NCBI RefSeq assembly: GCF_035084215.1
Contig: NC_090345.1
Span: forward strand, 41,850,001-41,914,000
Direction of reading: 5' to 3'
Origin: Heptranchias perlo
Taxonomy: Eukaryota
Length of the DNA stretch: 64,000 bases
Shown: piece after piece, positions 24,690 to 39,169 of the stretch
How positions within the stretch are numbered: the first letter of the stretch is position 1
Layout: each line of letters begins with the position of its first letter
Position numbers and translations under genes: made by a program
Notes under the pieces: generated by a model
What the model saw: the letters and a program-made list of their open reading frames with translations, nothing else
Database searches by the model: none
Told to the model about the DNA's origin: nothing

Positions 24690-26548
24690 TGGAAATCAGG
24701 AACTCGCTCCCCCAAAAGGCTGTGGATGCTGAAATAACTGACATTTTCAAGACTTAGATCAATAAGATTCTAGTAGGTAAGGGTATTAAGTGATATGGAG
24801 CAAAGGCGGGTAAATGGAGCTGAGAGGAATCGATCACCCATGAACCATTAGAATGCAGCCGATATCCCCACCATCACAGAAACCAGTCTTCAGCCAATTC
24901 GATTCATTCCACACGATAGCAAGAAACGGCTGAGTGCACTGGATATAGCAAAGGCTATGGGCCCCGACAACATCCCGGCTCTAGTGCTGAAGACTTGCGC
25001 TCCAGAACTAGCTGTGCCTCTAACCAAGCTGTTCCAGTTGAGCTACAACACTGGCATCTACCCGACAATGTGGAAAATTGCCCGGGTATGCTCTGTCCAC
25101 AAAAAAGCAGGACAAATCCAATCCGGCCAATTACTGCCCCATCAGTCTACTCTCAATCATCAGCAAAGTGATGGAAGGTGTCGTCGACAGTGCTATCAAG
25201 CGGCACTTACTCACCGATAACCCGCTCACCGATGCTCAGTTTGGGTTCCGCCAGGGCCACTCGGCTCCAGACCTCATTACAGCCTTGGTCCAAACATGGA
25301 CAAAAGGAGCTGAATTCCAGAGGTGAGGTGAGAGTGACGGCCCTTGACATCAAGGTAGCATTGGACCGAGTGTGGTACCAAGGAGCCCTAGTAAAATTGA
25401 AGTCAATGGGAATCAAGGGGAAAACTCTCCAGTGGCTGTTGTCATACCTAGCACAAAGGAAGATGGTAGTGGTTGTTGGAGGCCAATGATCTCTGCCCCA
25501 GGACATTGCTGCAGGAGTTCCTCAGGGCAGTGTTCTAGGCCCAACCATCTTCAGCTGCTTCATCAATGACCTTCCCTCCATCATAAGGACAGAAATGGGG
25601 ATGTTCACTGATGATTGCAGTGTTCAGTTCCATTCGCAACCCCTCAAATAATGAAGCAGTCCGAGCCCGCATGCAGCAAGACCTTGACAACATCCAGGCT
25701 TGGGCTAATAAGTGGCAAGTAACATTCGCGCCAGACAGGTGCCAGGCAATGACCATCTCCATCAAGAGAGAGTCTAACCACCTCCCCTTGACATTCAACG
25801 GCATTACCATCGCCGAATCCCCCACCATCAACATCCTGGGGGTCACCATTGACCAGAAACTTAACTGGACCAGCCAGATAAATACTGTGGCTACAAGAGC
25901 AGGTCAGAGGCTGGGTATTCTGTGGCGAGTGACTCACCTCCTGACTCCCCAAAGCCTTTCCACCATCCACATGGCACAAGTCAGGAGTGTGATGGAATAC
26001 TCTCCACTTGCCTGGATGAGTGCAGCTCCAACAACACTCAAGGAGCTCGACACCATCCAGGACAAAGCAACCCGCTTGATTGGCACCCCATCCACCTCCC
26101 AAAACATTCACTCCCTTCATCACCGGCGCACAGTGGCTGCAGTGTGTACCATCCACAGGATGCACTGCAGCAACTCGCCAAGGCTTCTTCGACAGCACCT
26201 CCCAAACCTGCGACCTCTACCACCTAGAAGGACAAGAGCAGTGGGTACATGGGAACGACACCACCTGTACGTTCCCCTCCAAGTCACACGCCATCCCGAC
26301 TTGGAAATATATCGCCGTTCCTTCATCGTCGCTGGGTCAAAATCCTGGAACGTCCTTCCTAACAGCACTGGGGGAGAACCTTCACCACACGGACTGCAGT
26401 GGTTCAAGAAGGCGGCTCACCACCACCTTCTCAAGGGCAATTAGGGATAGGCAATAAATGCTCGCCTCGCCAGCGACGCCCACATCCCATGAACGAATAA
26501 AAAAAAATGGTGGAATAGGCTTGAGGGGCTGATTGGCTTATTCCTACC
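24690..26548 (+). mobile_element. CR1 3' tail split by LINE-X (24858-26507)
   Basis: ggaactcgctcccccaaaaggctgtggatgct...gatcacccatgaaccattagaatg | tggtggaataggcttgaggggctgattggcttattcct. Confidence 0.7.
24858..26507 (+). mobile_element. LINE-X 5'-truncated copy (RT and C-terminus)
   Basis: MGPDNIPALVLKTCAPELA...NYCPISLLSIISKVMEG...QFGFRQGHS...ALDIK...GVPQGSVLGP...FTDD; frameshifts; poly(A) tail. Confidence 0.92.
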
Positions 26549-28129
26549 TTTCTGCTGCTGGCAAGCTACCTACGCTTTGGGAGCACTGACAGGCAGCTTG
26601 CTGATTGGAGCAGGATAACTGGTAACTCCTCCTCCAAGCTGCCAAATTTTTATTGAAAGGGGAGGGCCAGGTAATCACGTGGTGGGGGTGGGGGGGTACG
26701 TTGATGGGGGGACACGGAGGGTCCAGCAGCCAGTGGGGAGATTTTTACGCTGCTTCTGGCCCTACAAAAACTCCTCACTCGGAGCAATTTCCATGCAGCC
26801 TTCAGTGGCTCTTTTAAGGACGCCTATTTCCCGGCCCGCTCCAAAATCGCAGCGGGCCAGACCTCAGAGAGAATGCAGCAGTAAATGCACCGCTCATTAT
26901 CGCCCCATTTCCACTGAAAAATGGGGCAGTACCGAGACCAAAATCGGCTCCATATTGGCAATTTTAATATTTCCAGTCTAAATCTAACACCCAAGTATGA
27001 CAGTACCATTAGAAACTTTATAGCCCAGTCCCCGCCTCTCTCCCTCTCTCTGATCTCTCTGCCTGATGTCGCCCATAAATTTTCCCACTTATCAGTCTGT
27101 CCTCAGCTATCTCTTTGTTTCATCCCCACTTTTCCAATACTTTCTATTGATTTCTCTCCCTCCCAGCTATTTGCCCCTCTGAGATCTATCACCCTTTCCT
27201 CTAATTTTCCTCTCAGCATCATCTGTCCCTCACTCTCTCTCTTTCTGATTTCTCTCCCTACCCCAATTTCTCCTACATGATTTATGTTCTGTATTGTCCT
27301 TCCATATTGACGCCTTAGGCATCACTGCCTTCCTGACAGTCCCTCAGGCAGCCATCGCAGGTATTCCCGGTCACTGTCTTTGAGGCAACAAAGTGCTGAA
27401 TGTACTGTTTGGGGGGAGAAGTGAGGGAGTGAGATTGTGGGCCAAAGTAGCCGGTATTATAACTTTTACCACACTGTTTCCGCCACAAATGCAGGCGATG
27501 GTGGTGAGTGGAATGCAGCGATTGGGAAGGAGTGGTGATTTTTGTCAGTACTTTGATATGCTCCCGCTGGCCTGTGTGTGAGTGACCACTCTTCTTCCTC
27601 TCCCTCTGATTGCAGCCTTCTATTACCTCAGTGATTGAGGGTTTACTAGTCAGCAGAGTCGGTCAGTCAGCGGGTGATGGGGAAATCTGTCAGCGTGGTT
27701 GAGGTGGACAAACGACACCGTACCTTCTTCGTACGGAGGGGTGTCGGTGCGGGTTCAGGGATTCAGGGGCTCGCAGCGTTATCACCAGAACTTTGCACTG
27801 GATTCTTTTGTAGTTCACAAGGATTGGGTCACACTTTTCTAGTTCACTGCCAGCACCATGATTTGTCATTACAGGATGTGATAATACAACATCAAGGGAG
27901 GGGTATATCTATATGCGGTGTTAGTGCTGGAGGCTGCATAGATAAGGAGACGACAAGTCAGGGAGGTATTTACTACAACTCAGACACAACTTAGGAAGCA
28001 CCATCGTGGTTTCTGACTGTCGCTATTCCAAACACAATACGGGAAATCCATCCACTGACTAAGCTATATAAATACATTCAGACTCCCATCCCAATAATAC
28101 AGTGGCAGCTACTGTTTTGGATCTAATGA

Positions 28130-28500
28130 TATGTGACATTTAACTTTGAAATTGCCTATCACAGCACTACCTACAGATACATGCTGGCACTTTTATATTA
28201 GATTTTGCCATAGGCAGAGCCTGACTTAGGAGTTTCCAGTGTATCTCAAAATGTTGCAACCCACCCATCGATTTTAATAAATGTTTAATTTCCTGGCTCT
28301 TGCTCCACGACCATGCAATAACAACCTGGGTTTTGGGGAAACCTGCAATATAGAAATTGCAGTGACCTTTCATTCTGCTGTTGATTTTACATGGGGAAAG
28401 TGATGAATGTGTTTGCCTTGTTGAGCAATGAATCAGTGGTCCTCTTGATACATTTGTGAATGATGTTGCAGATGTCTCCTGGCATAGCTTGGCAGGTGTT
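28130..28500 (-). pseudogene. Harbinger transposase (HARBI1-like) remnant
   Basis: Manual minus-strand translation gives CQAMPGDICNIIHKCIKRTTDSLLNKANTFITFP and FYIAGFPKTQVVI. Confidence 0.65.
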
Positions 28501-29989
28501 GGAGACTGGTTTAATGTTTACTTATTTTACTTGGGCATATACTTATCTGGTATTTCAATGTTATTATTTTTTTTAAAAAGTGTTCCATTTTCTTTCAAGT
28601 GGAATGGCCCTTTCCACCCTCCTTCCATCTGGGCACAGGTCAGATTGAGTACACCTGAATTGGGTTCCATCTGATATAACCTGAGCCCACATGGATTTTC
28701 AGGTTTGGGCTATTTGCATAGGCCCAACAATCCCCAGGAGCAGGCCCACCCCTTGGCAGCATCCTGTGCCCAGAATTGAAGGTGTTGGAAATCCAGCCAC
28801 TGCTCCAGACTTCATAGGCCTGCAGCGGTAGTAATAGCCATCGGCTGAAGAGGCTTCTGGCCGCTGTCCAAAAACAGCATCGAGAAGGCCTCCCCTCCAA
28901 GGATCCTTGGGTACCTTTTGCAGCCTCCCTGGTCTGTAAAGCTTGAGCGACAGCTGTACTATTTATCCAACATCTATTCTGTTTTGCCATCATGTATTGA
29001 TTTTCATTCAATCTAGACTGTAATCTAAAGCTATTTACAATCAATATAGGAATTAGCTGCATCAACAAATTAACTGGTGATGGAACACCATCATCTAGGA
29101 TACACAATCGTAATACTTGTCTGTATAATCAGTTCATTGTACGGGTACCTGTTACCACTTCATTCATCCCTGCCAATACCCTACAGTCAATTCACTGGGA
29201 AATACAATTAATGAATCTTTATATGTCCCATTTTAGAGAGATCATGTTAACAGGATGGTCAGTGCAGTGGAAATCACCTTCAAAGAATTGTTCTCAAAGT
29301 CTAATAACTGACACATGCATGATCCTTTATAGTGAACAGTATCACTTGTTAGAACTGCAATACAATCTAAATAATTGATAAGATGCAATTTATTCCAACG
29401 ATTTCCATTAAAAGTAATTAGAGATCAAGGCCAGTGAAAGCAAAGGCATTATATCATAAAACCAACTTGTGTTTGCTGCTTTAAGAGATGACCTTCTTCT
29501 ATCTCTATAGATTAAATTTAATGACTCAATTTCTCGACACGAATAAAAGGTGCCCGCAGAAGGCTGCTGATGGGCCATTCAAAACAATCTGCAGTCTCCT
29601 CGGTTCAATTTCCTGACACTGCAAAAAAGAAAGTGAAGGATTTACTGAGATGAGACAACGGTTATCTTTTCATTTTTTTTAATATAAAATCCTCAGAGGC
29701 AGTATTCCAGATTACATCTTCAGGATAAAAGTAGTTCTGTGGTGGCGTATAGTCAAGAGTGATTCTGCAGACTAGGATCAGATACAGGCATTAATGGTGG
29801 GTGCTACCAAGCGCAGTCAAAAGACGATATACGAGGAGGCTGGCAAATCACGATGATTTTCCTATTTTGAAAAGTTATTTTTTTCAAGCAGTTGATTACG
29901 AGTGTAATAGTTCTCCTCCCGTGATGTTTGAATAAATTAAGATACTTGACTCCTGGATGCAAGAACAAGCCATCAAACTGAAGCAGCAA

Positions 29990-32150
29990 CGGTAAGCATC
30001 TCAAACACTTTTGTGCACTACCCTCTGAACCTCTTTTCCTCCAACCTCTCCTTCCACAGTGGAACAAAATATTACCTAACTACTTTGTTTTTTGCGCTCT
30101 GCAATTCCCAACTCCCTTGCTTCTGGTCCGCCACCTGCACTGACATTGGCACCTCCAACAATCTGCTCAATAACTCCCTCATCGGCCTCATCCTGATCAG
30201 ATTCTAGATAGCCTGCAGCGAGTGACTCACCTCCTGACTCCCCAAAGCCTTTCCACCATCTACAAGGCACAAGTCAGGAGTGTGATAGAATACTCTCCAC
30301 TTGCCTGGATGAGTGCAGCTCCAACAACACTCAAGAAGCTCGACACCATCCAGGACAAAGCAGCCCGCTTGATTGGCACCCCATCCACCACCCTAAACAT
30401 TCACTCCCTTCACCACCGATGCACTGTGGCTGCAGTGTGTACCATCCACAGGATGCACTGCAGCAACTCGCCAAGGCTTCTTCTACAGCACCTCCCAAAC
30501 CCACGACCTCTACCACCTAGAACGACAAGGGCAGCAGGCACATGGGAACAACACCACCTGCACGTTCCCCTCCAAGTCACACACTATCCCAACTTGGAAA
30601 TATATCACCGTTCCTTCATCGTCGCTGGGCCAAAATCCTGGAACTCCCTTCCTAACAGCACTGTGGGAGAACCTTCACCACACGGACTGCAGCGGTTCAA
30701 GAAGGCGGCTCACCACCATCTTCTCAAGGGCAATTAGAGATGGGCAATAAATGCTGGTCTCACCAGCGACGCCCACATCCCATGAACGAATAAAAAAAAA
30801 TAGCCACCTAGCCTTACATAACAGGCACCTCTGTGGTCTCAATGCTGCGAGCCAGAAACTGCAGCGCATATGGAATTATGACCACCTAACTGTCCAGTGC
30901 TATATCTGGTTTGACCATCTTAAGCAGTACCACTTCTACCACTCCATGGTCAAATCCTCCTACTACTCCAGAGTCATCCTGAAGGGCAACTAAATACTCG
31001 TCTAGCCCATCATTCCCTATCTGAGTCCATCTAATTTGGTTTGTGGCCATCCCAAATGACAGAGACAGCCTCGGCTATAATCACAAATCAAATCCTGTGT
31101 CACTGTGATCACTGCTCACTATCCCTACAGATCCTCCTCAACCACTCTACCACCTTTGACACAGTTGCGCATCTCACCTTCCTCCTCTGCCTCTCCTTCA
31201 CGCTCCACCTCTGTGGCATTGTGCTCTTGTGTTTCCATTCGCATTTCTCCTGAAACTATCACTACTTCTGCTCAAATGCTTTCTCCTCCTGTGCTCACAC
31301 ACTCACCACTGATGTACTCCATCCTAGGTACCCTTCTAATCATTATCTCGATGATACTGGTTGACACCATTCACAAGCATTGGAGTCAGCTTCTCCATTC
31401 ACATTGGTAACACCCAACCCTACTTCTCCGCCACTACCACTGATTCTAGGACTATTGTTGCGATGTTGCACAGCCCGTATGGATTGAAATCCTGGATGAG
31501 CCTCAGCTTAACAGCCATTCTGCTCAGCTTTCACCAACACCTTTACAGCTCTGGTGCTGACTCAATCAACCTGGCTGAGTCAAAGCTAGTGAAACAAATC
31601 CTGGGCTTCTATTCAACCCTGAAATGAACTTTCTACCTTGTTAGCAGTCCGTTGCTGGCTCTGGGCCATCGGCTGCTTATACCCATACCCTACCCTCTTG
31701 CGCTACTGAAACCCTCACCTACGCCTTAATCGCCTTATGGATTGACATTCCAAATGTTCTCGTCTTAGGCCTCCCAACCTCCATTTCAGATAATATAAAT
31801 CATGGCCCTCTTCCACATGAAGCTCTGCACAACCATTACCCTCATCTTTGCCCAGCAACAATAGTTTTCTGTGTCCCAGTGAATTCACTTCAAGATCCAT
31901 GTCCTCAAATACCTCCATAGCTTCACTTTACCCTGTTTGAGTAAACCTTTCCGGCCATACATTCGAGCCTGCACACTCCGTTGCCCTAGCTCTGGATTAG
32001 TGCTCTCCCCCATACCCTGCCACCAGGTCTGCCTTTGTGGACCAAACTTTCAGCCAATAAGCCTTTGCTGACTGTGGTATTTTTTCAAAACTACTTCATT
32101 TTGCTACCGCTCTCACTGATTTCAAAACATACTAAAAATCAATCTCTTGT
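29990..32150 (+). mobile_element. Old L2 LINE fragments, interrupted by LINE-X at 30214-30799
   Basis: Pyrimidine-rich; TETASAIITNQILCHCD...LLNHSTTFDTVAH, SILGTLL, GNTQPYFS. Confidence 0.65.
30214..30799 (+). mobile_element. LINE-X 3' fragment with a 6-bp TSD
   Basis: ORF 30222..30737 identical in type to the other copies; TSD atagcc at 30208-30213 and 30800-30805. Confidence 0.92.
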
Positions 32151-32321
32151 TGTTAATACTGGACTACTGTGTAATAATTTAATAAATCTTTGATACCATT
32201 GTGTAATGTGTTAATAATTTTGACATTGGGGCAAATGTTATGATTTAGTGCTCCCAGTGCATAGATCTGCATGATGGGCATGCATATTGGTAGTTTGGGT
32301 GCAGAGGTCAGCCCACACCAT

Positions 32322-34046
32322 AATAAGACCATAAGAGATAGGAGCAGGAGTAGGCCATTCGGCCCCTCGAGCCTGTTCCGCCATTTAATGAGATCATGGC
32401 TGATCTGATTTTTACCTCAACTCCACTTTCCCACCCTGTCCCCATATCCTTTGACTCCCTTGCTGATCAAAAATTTGTCTATCTCAGCCTTGAATGACTC
32501 AGCCTCCACAGCTTTTTGGGGTAAAGAATTCCAAAGATTCACGACCCTCTGGGAGAAGAAATTCCTCCCCAGTTCCATCTTAAACAGGCGACCCCTTATT
32601 CTGAGACTATGCCCCCTAGTTTTGGATTCCCCCATGAGGGGAACATCCTCTCAGCATCTACCCTAGCGAGGCTCCTCAGAATCTTGAATGTTTCAATCTC
32701 CTCTCATTCTTCCAAACTCCAATGAGTACAGACTCAACCTGTTCAATCTTTCCTCATAAGGCAACCCTTCCATACCCGGAATCAACCTAGTGAACCTTCT
32801 CTGAACCGCCTCCCATGCAAGTATATCCTCCCTTAAATAAGGGCACCAGAACTGTACGCAGTACTCCAGGTGTGGTCTCAGCAGCACCCTGTACAGCTGT
32901 AGCATGACTTCCCTGCTTTTATACTCCACCCCCCTAGAAAAAGGCAAATATTCCGTTTGCCTTCCGGATTACCTGTTGACTTTTGTGTTTCACGTACGAG
33001 GACACCCAGATCGCTCTCTACCGCAGCATTTTGTAGTATTTCTCCATTCAAATAATATTTTGCTTTTTTATTTTTCCTCCCAAAGTGGATGACTTCACAT
33101 TTTCCCACATTATATTCCATCTACCAAATTTTTGCCCATTCGCTTAACCTGCCAATATCCCTTTGCAGACACTTTGTGTCCTCCTCGCGACTTGCTTTTC
33201 CATCTATCTTGGTATCATCAGCAAATTTGGCCACTTTACACTCTGTTCCTTCCTCCAAGTCATTGATATATATCGTAAATAGTTGAGGCCCCAGCATTAT
33301 GCCCTGCGGCACCCCACTAGTTACAGATTGCCATTTTGAAAATCGCCCTTTTATCCCGACTCTTTGTTTTCTGTTCGTTAGCCAATCCTCTATCCATGCC
33401 AGTATATTACCCCCAACACCATGAGCTCTTATCTTGTGCAGTAATCTTTTATGTGGCAACTTATCAAATGCCTTTTGGAAATCCAAATATACTGCATCCA
33501 TTGGTTCCACTTTATCCACCCTGCCCATAACTTCCTCAAAGAACTCTAATAAATTTGTCAGACACGATTTCCCCTTCATAAAACTATGTTGACTCTTCTT
33601 GATTCTATTGAGTCTCCAAATGTTATGCTACTACTTCCTTAATAATGGATTCTAGCATTTTCCCAATGACAGATGTTAGGCTAACTGGTCTGTAGTTACC
33701 TGCTTTCTGTCTCACTCCCTTCTTGAATAGGGGTGTTACATTTGTGGTTTGCCAATCCACTGAGACCTTTCCAGAAGCTAGTGAATTCTGGAAGATTACA
33801 ACCAATGCATCCACTATCTCTGTAGACACTTCCTTTAAGACCCTCGGATGCAAGCCATCAGGTCAGCCTTTTGACCCATTAGTTTACCTAGTACTTTTTC
33901 CTCTAGTGATAGTGATTATTTTTAGTTCCTCCATCCACTTTGCCCCTTGATTATCTACTATTATTGGTATGTTATTAGTGTCTTCTACTGTGAAGACAGA
34001 TACAAAATATCTGTTCAATTCCTCTGCCATTTCCTTGTTTTCCACT
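32322..34046 (-). mobile_element. CR1 LINE RT-to-3'-end fragment
   Basis: HPRVLKEV, NYRPVSLTS, YLDFQKAFDK, GVPQG, KFADDTK, LRPHLEYCVQFW; tail ataagaccataaga. Confidence 0.93.
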
Positions 34047-34462
34047 CGCTGATTTACATTGGCTCCCACTCCGGCAATTCCTCGAATTTAAATTTCTCAT
34101 CCTAGTGTTCAAATCCCTGCATGGCCTTGCCCCATCTTATCTCTGTAACCTCCTCCAGCCCTACAACCCTCCGAGATCTTGGTATTCCTCCAATTCTGGC
34201 CTCTTGTGCATCCCTGTTTTCATTCATCCCACCATTGGCGGCCATGCCTTCAGCCTAGGCACTAAGCTCTGGAATTCCCTCCCTAAACCTCTCCGCCTCT
34301 AAGACGCTGCTTAAAAACTACCTCTTTGACCAAGCTTCCGATCGCCTATTCTAATATCTCTATGTGGCTCGGTGTCAAATTTTGTTTGATAACGCTCCTC
34401 CAAAGCGCCTTGGAACGTTTTACTACGTTAAAGGCGCTATATAAATGTAAGTTGCTTTTGTT
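34047..34462 (+). mobile_element. L2 3' fragment
   Basis: DLHWLP, FKSLHGLAPSYLCNLLQPYNP, KLWNSLP; tail ggcgctatataaatgtaagttgc. Confidence 0.85.
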
Positions 34463-35345
34463 AAATTGGCAGAAAATCATGTGGACCACGATTTGGACAC
34501 AGAGGCCAATGTGTCCGAATTACCCATGTGAGCTCCTTGGAAAAACGAGCATGTAGGCCTGGGGCCTACATCACGCTCGGGGGTTGGCGGGGGCGGGGGG
34601 TGCTCAGTTGACCCCAACTGGGTCGGCAAGAATTAAAAATGCTGGGAATCTGCCTGGATGATATGCGCTAGGGCTAGTAGGTCCCCCAGTTCCATACAAA
34701 TGAAAAGGCTACCCCAAAATTTCTTGAAGTTCCGGAACCTACCATTTTATTTCAAACAACATGTTGCTATTTTTCCTGTCAGTTAACACCTTAACATATT
34801 TTCAGGAAATATTATGAATTACTTCTACATTACGCCAAGCATGCTCTGGAGGATGCAGTTGCAGAAAACCTTAGACTATTCAAGTTGCTATGATTCTGAA
34901 ATGGTTTCATTAGCTATTTGTCTAAAACACTGAGAATGTGCATCTTTTCAAGTCATGTTTTATGGACATTTGAGGACTAGACAGGACAACGGAGTTACAC
35001 AAAAGTGTTTCAAGTATGTGGAGGAAAACAAGCTCTTGCACTTTTCTTGTCTCTTTGTGCCCCCTGCCAAACATTTTGCAAATTCCTTGGGATCAGATAG
35101 TATGAAGATAATCCAAAAAAATGAAAGGCCAGACTTCTGCTCTGTCATCTCAACTTCAGCAACAGAAGTACTCTAGTGTTTTGGCCAATATAACTGCATC
35201 GGTACATTGTCACCTCTACACAATGCTGGATGGAAAGGAAAATCTAGTGTCATGCCATTCCTGTCAGATTTGAAGTGATTTGAAACATAAAGGCTAAGAG
35301 AGCATTCCACCAAGCTTGTTCACAAAATTCACAATGATGCGTTGG

Positions 35346-36534
35346 TTTTTTTTATTCGTTCACGGGATGTGGGCGTCGCTGGCGAGGCCAGCATTTATTG
35401 CCCATCCCTAATTGCCCTTGAGAAGGTGGTGGTGAGCCGCCTTCTTGAACCGCTGCAGTCCGTGTGGTGACGGTTCTCCCACAGTGCTGTTAGGAAGGGA
35501 GTTCCAGGATTTTGACCCAGCGACAATGAAGGAACGGCGATATATTTCCAAGTCGGGATGGTGTGTGACTTGGAGGGGAACGTGCAGGTGGTGTTCTTCC
35601 CATGTACCTGCTGCTCTTGTCCTTCTAGGTGGTAGAGGTCGCGGGTTTGGGAGGTGCTGTCGAAGAAGCCTTGGCGAGTTGCTGCAGTGCATCCTGTGGA
35701 TGGTGCACACTGCAGCCACAGTGCGCCGGTGGTGAAGGGAGTGAATGTTTAGGGTGGTGGATGGGGTGCCAATCAAGCGGGCTGCTTTATCTTGGATGGT
35801 GTCGAGCTTCTTGAATGTTGTTGGAGCTGCACTCATCCAGGCAAGTGGAGAGTATTCCATCACACTCCTGACTTGTGCCTTGTAGATGGTGGAAAGGCTT
35901 TGGGGAGTCAGGAGGTGAGTCACTCGCTGCAGAATACCCAGCCTCTGACCTGCTCTCGTAGCCACAGTATTTATATGGCTGGTCCAGTTAAGTTTCTGGT
36001 CAATGGTGACCCCCAGGATGTTGATGGTGGGGGATTCGGCGATGGTAATGCCGTTGAATGTCAAGGGGAGGTGGTTAGACTCTCCCTTGTTGGAGATGGT
36101 CATTGCCTGGCACTTGTCTGGCGCGAATGTTACTTGCCACTTATGAGCCCAAGCCTGGATGTTGTCCAGGTCTTGCTGCATGCAGGCTCAGACTGCTTCA
36201 TTATTTGAGGGGTTGCGAATGGAACTGAACACTGTGCAGTCATCAGCGAACATCCCCATTTCTGACCTTATGATGGAGGGAAGGTCATTGATGAAGCAGC
36301 TGAAGATGGTTGGGCCTAGGACACTGCCCTGAGGAACTCCTGCAGCAATGTCCTGGGGCTGAGATGATTGGCCTCCAACAACCACTACCATCTTCCTTTG
36401 TGCTAGGTATGACTCCAGCCACTGGAGAGTTTTCCCCCTGATTCCTATTGACTTCAATTTTACTAGGGCTCCTTGGTGCCACACTCTGTCAAATGCTGCC
36501 TTGATGTCAAGGGCAGTCACTCTCACCTCACCTC
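35346..36534 (-). mobile_element. LINE-X 5'-truncated copy
   Basis: ORFs 36188..36526 and 35408..36181 (one stop apart): ALDIKAAFDRVWH, GVPQGSVLGP, FADD; poly(T) at 35346. Confidence 0.93.
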
Positions 36535-38229
36535 ATCAAGCGAAGCACCAACTGGCTGTGGGCCAGCTCCTGGAAACACTGAAACATCAGCCATGCCACA
36601 AAGAGCTCCAGGCAGTTGATGTGCCATCTAGTCTATGGCTGAGGCCAAATACCGTGAGTCCAAGTAGATGCATATTCCATTTGGTCACCAGTGTGAAAAG
36701 CAGAGATGGAGACTGCAAATTGATTCTACTAAATGGGACGCCTGGGACCACCAACTTAAGACTGTTGCCAATGCCTGATTAATCCTGATTTACTGAGAAA
36801 TGTTGGGAGGCCATTGATCCAGAAGGTGAAATTGAAGTTCCCTCATGAAAGGCGTGCCATCTGGCATGGCATTCCCAGCTGCTACCACCTGTTCCAGCCA
36901 CTCATTTGAAATCATGCATCCCATTGACAGCATTGCGACTGCAAATTAAATCATCCTGCAATTTTCTGGTGGTAATGAGATGAAGCCCTGTGGTGAAATT
37001 GATCACCTTTCTGAAAAGAGAAATTCCGTGGAATTTTTTTCAGATTAATGAGAACATCCAGCTTCCCAAAAAGTCACTGCCTACTGGATTGCTGTATTTA
37101 CAAGATTGCAAAGATAGAAATCAGATTAGACACATGTCTAGGTAAGGACAGATGTTAGAGATGTTACGGTTGAAGTAAGACTGCTACTATGGCTGTGGGC
37201 TGAGGTTAGGCTCAAAGGAAAAATCTGTTATTGGTAGTTTTCAATAGAGCAGATGTTTATGCCCTACCACCCTCCAATCACAGCACTGGACAAGAGTGCC
37301 AGGATATCCTGACCCAGGCCATTTGTACGGCTCGAAGGCACCCCCAGCACAGGCCCACCTCCTGTCAGTGCCCAGCATTGGTGGAAGGTGCAAGAAAGTG
37401 TCAGGCTTCAGAGATCTGGATCTCCTCACTGCTGATGGAGATCGGCAGCCAGATAGTTCCAATTCAACCAGAAAATTGCTGGGGGTTGTTCCAAATTGTA
37501 AAAATAGGCCTACTTTTTAGTCTTTGACCTATCCCCAGGACCTCTCCAGTTGACAAGGGTTTGCAGGCAGGCCACAGCACCATGTTTTCTTAGTACACCT
37601 TCGCTGGGGCATCCAGTTATCGCTTCGAACTGAAATTGAGACGGGCAGTCGAGACGGCACTTTCTGACTCATTTGCATAGCTCCAAATGGCTTTGCCAAG
37701 TCTCTGCTCCTTTTTCCTGATCTTTGTACCCAGAGAAATGGACATTCCCTGGGTGCAAAGGCCAAAATAATTGGACCGTATTTCTTTCGTGTTGAACATC
37801 AAGTACTTTTGATCAGAAGGCTTCATGGTTATATTAAAGTGTATGTACTTGAGGTCCCCAGGCATGGGTGCTCTTCCAGCTGTTTGGCAGATCTGGAATG
37901 GGAGTCCTGAGGTTTCTCAGCACAGGGCGGTCCTGGAGTAGGATCCCGAGATTTGACAGCATTGGGATCTGTTAGCAAAGTGTGACACAAGAAGTGCGAC
38001 AAAACTATGAGTTAGATGTACCATTTGCATTATATTAGGAGATCTGTTATGGAATTACTCAGTGAGTCACAGGTTGTGCTGTTCTGCAGGTGGAATGCTA
38101 AGGTGTGGAACTGGCAGAGAATTGGACAGTGAAAGAGTTTAGAAAGATGTTTTCAAGAGACAGCAGCATTTTTTTGATTGTTTCTTGAAAAAGAATATGT
38201 TTTCCTAATGCACTGCATCTACACAAATA

Positions 38230-39106
38230 CAGTGAAACCTGTAAATTAGGGACACCTAAGGGACTTACACCATGTGCCCTTCATTTGTCGGTGTCCTTAT
38301 TTTCAAAATGGTCATTTTATGTACAGTAAACCAGATGAGCTAATATCCCAGGATTGGCTCTATCTCCTGCAGCATTCCTTCTTTTTTTTTCACCCTCACC
38401 TGGGATCGTGCCTAATTCTGGAGCCCTGCCAGCAGGATGAGATTTCAGTTCAATTTCTGTTCATTGGGTTTCACAGCTCACTGCCATCCTGAGGGAGGGA
38501 TGGCGTGATGCTGGAATCTGTTATGTTGGCAGTCTGCACAGGGCGAGGTAGCTGTTGTCAGGCCAGAGCGCCTGGGAGATCCCAGCCAAATTGGAGGAAA
38601 TTAATGTCTGCAGACCTCCGTCTGGGACCCCCCTCCCTCTGTGTGCAGCAGCTGCTAATGTTTGAAATGCTGGGGGTGGGTAGGGGTCTGTGGACGTACT
38701 GGTGGAGTGAAATGTGAGTTGCCCAGTACAATTCCTGTTTTTTGTGGAATGGGGCATTTTTTTACCCAGCATCCATAGCGGCAGAGAAACCACACTGTTC
38801 CTGGGATAGAGCCGTGCCAGCATTCAATTCCAGAGATAGAGCAGTTTCTCTGGGGTTAGGGATACTGGGTAAAGAGATCTCCATTCCACAAAAGCCGTTC
38901 CTTTCACCCACTGCTGCCTCGTGCTTATCTGCGTGTGCCATGTTTTAAGTTGTAAACGGACTTGGTGCACCGAAGGCTGTCCATAGTTCATAATTTACGA
39001 GCGTCCGTGGTTTCAAGGTGCAGCATGTATATTTTCCATGTAAGTTATTTGGGACTATCAATAAGTGTCCGTTATTTGCAGGTGTCCATTTGTACAGGTT
39101 TCACAG
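38230..39106. mobile_element. Tc1/mariner (pogo/Tigger-type) non-autonomous element
   Basis: TA|cagtgaaacctgta ... tacaggtttcacag|TA: 13/14 TIR match with TA TSDs; subterminal gggac/gtgtcc motifs at both ends. Confidence 0.7.
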
Positions 39107-39169
39107 TAAATATGTTTATATTCTGTCTCCAACAGTAAATAAGTTGTATAAATAAACTATAGCACAAGC

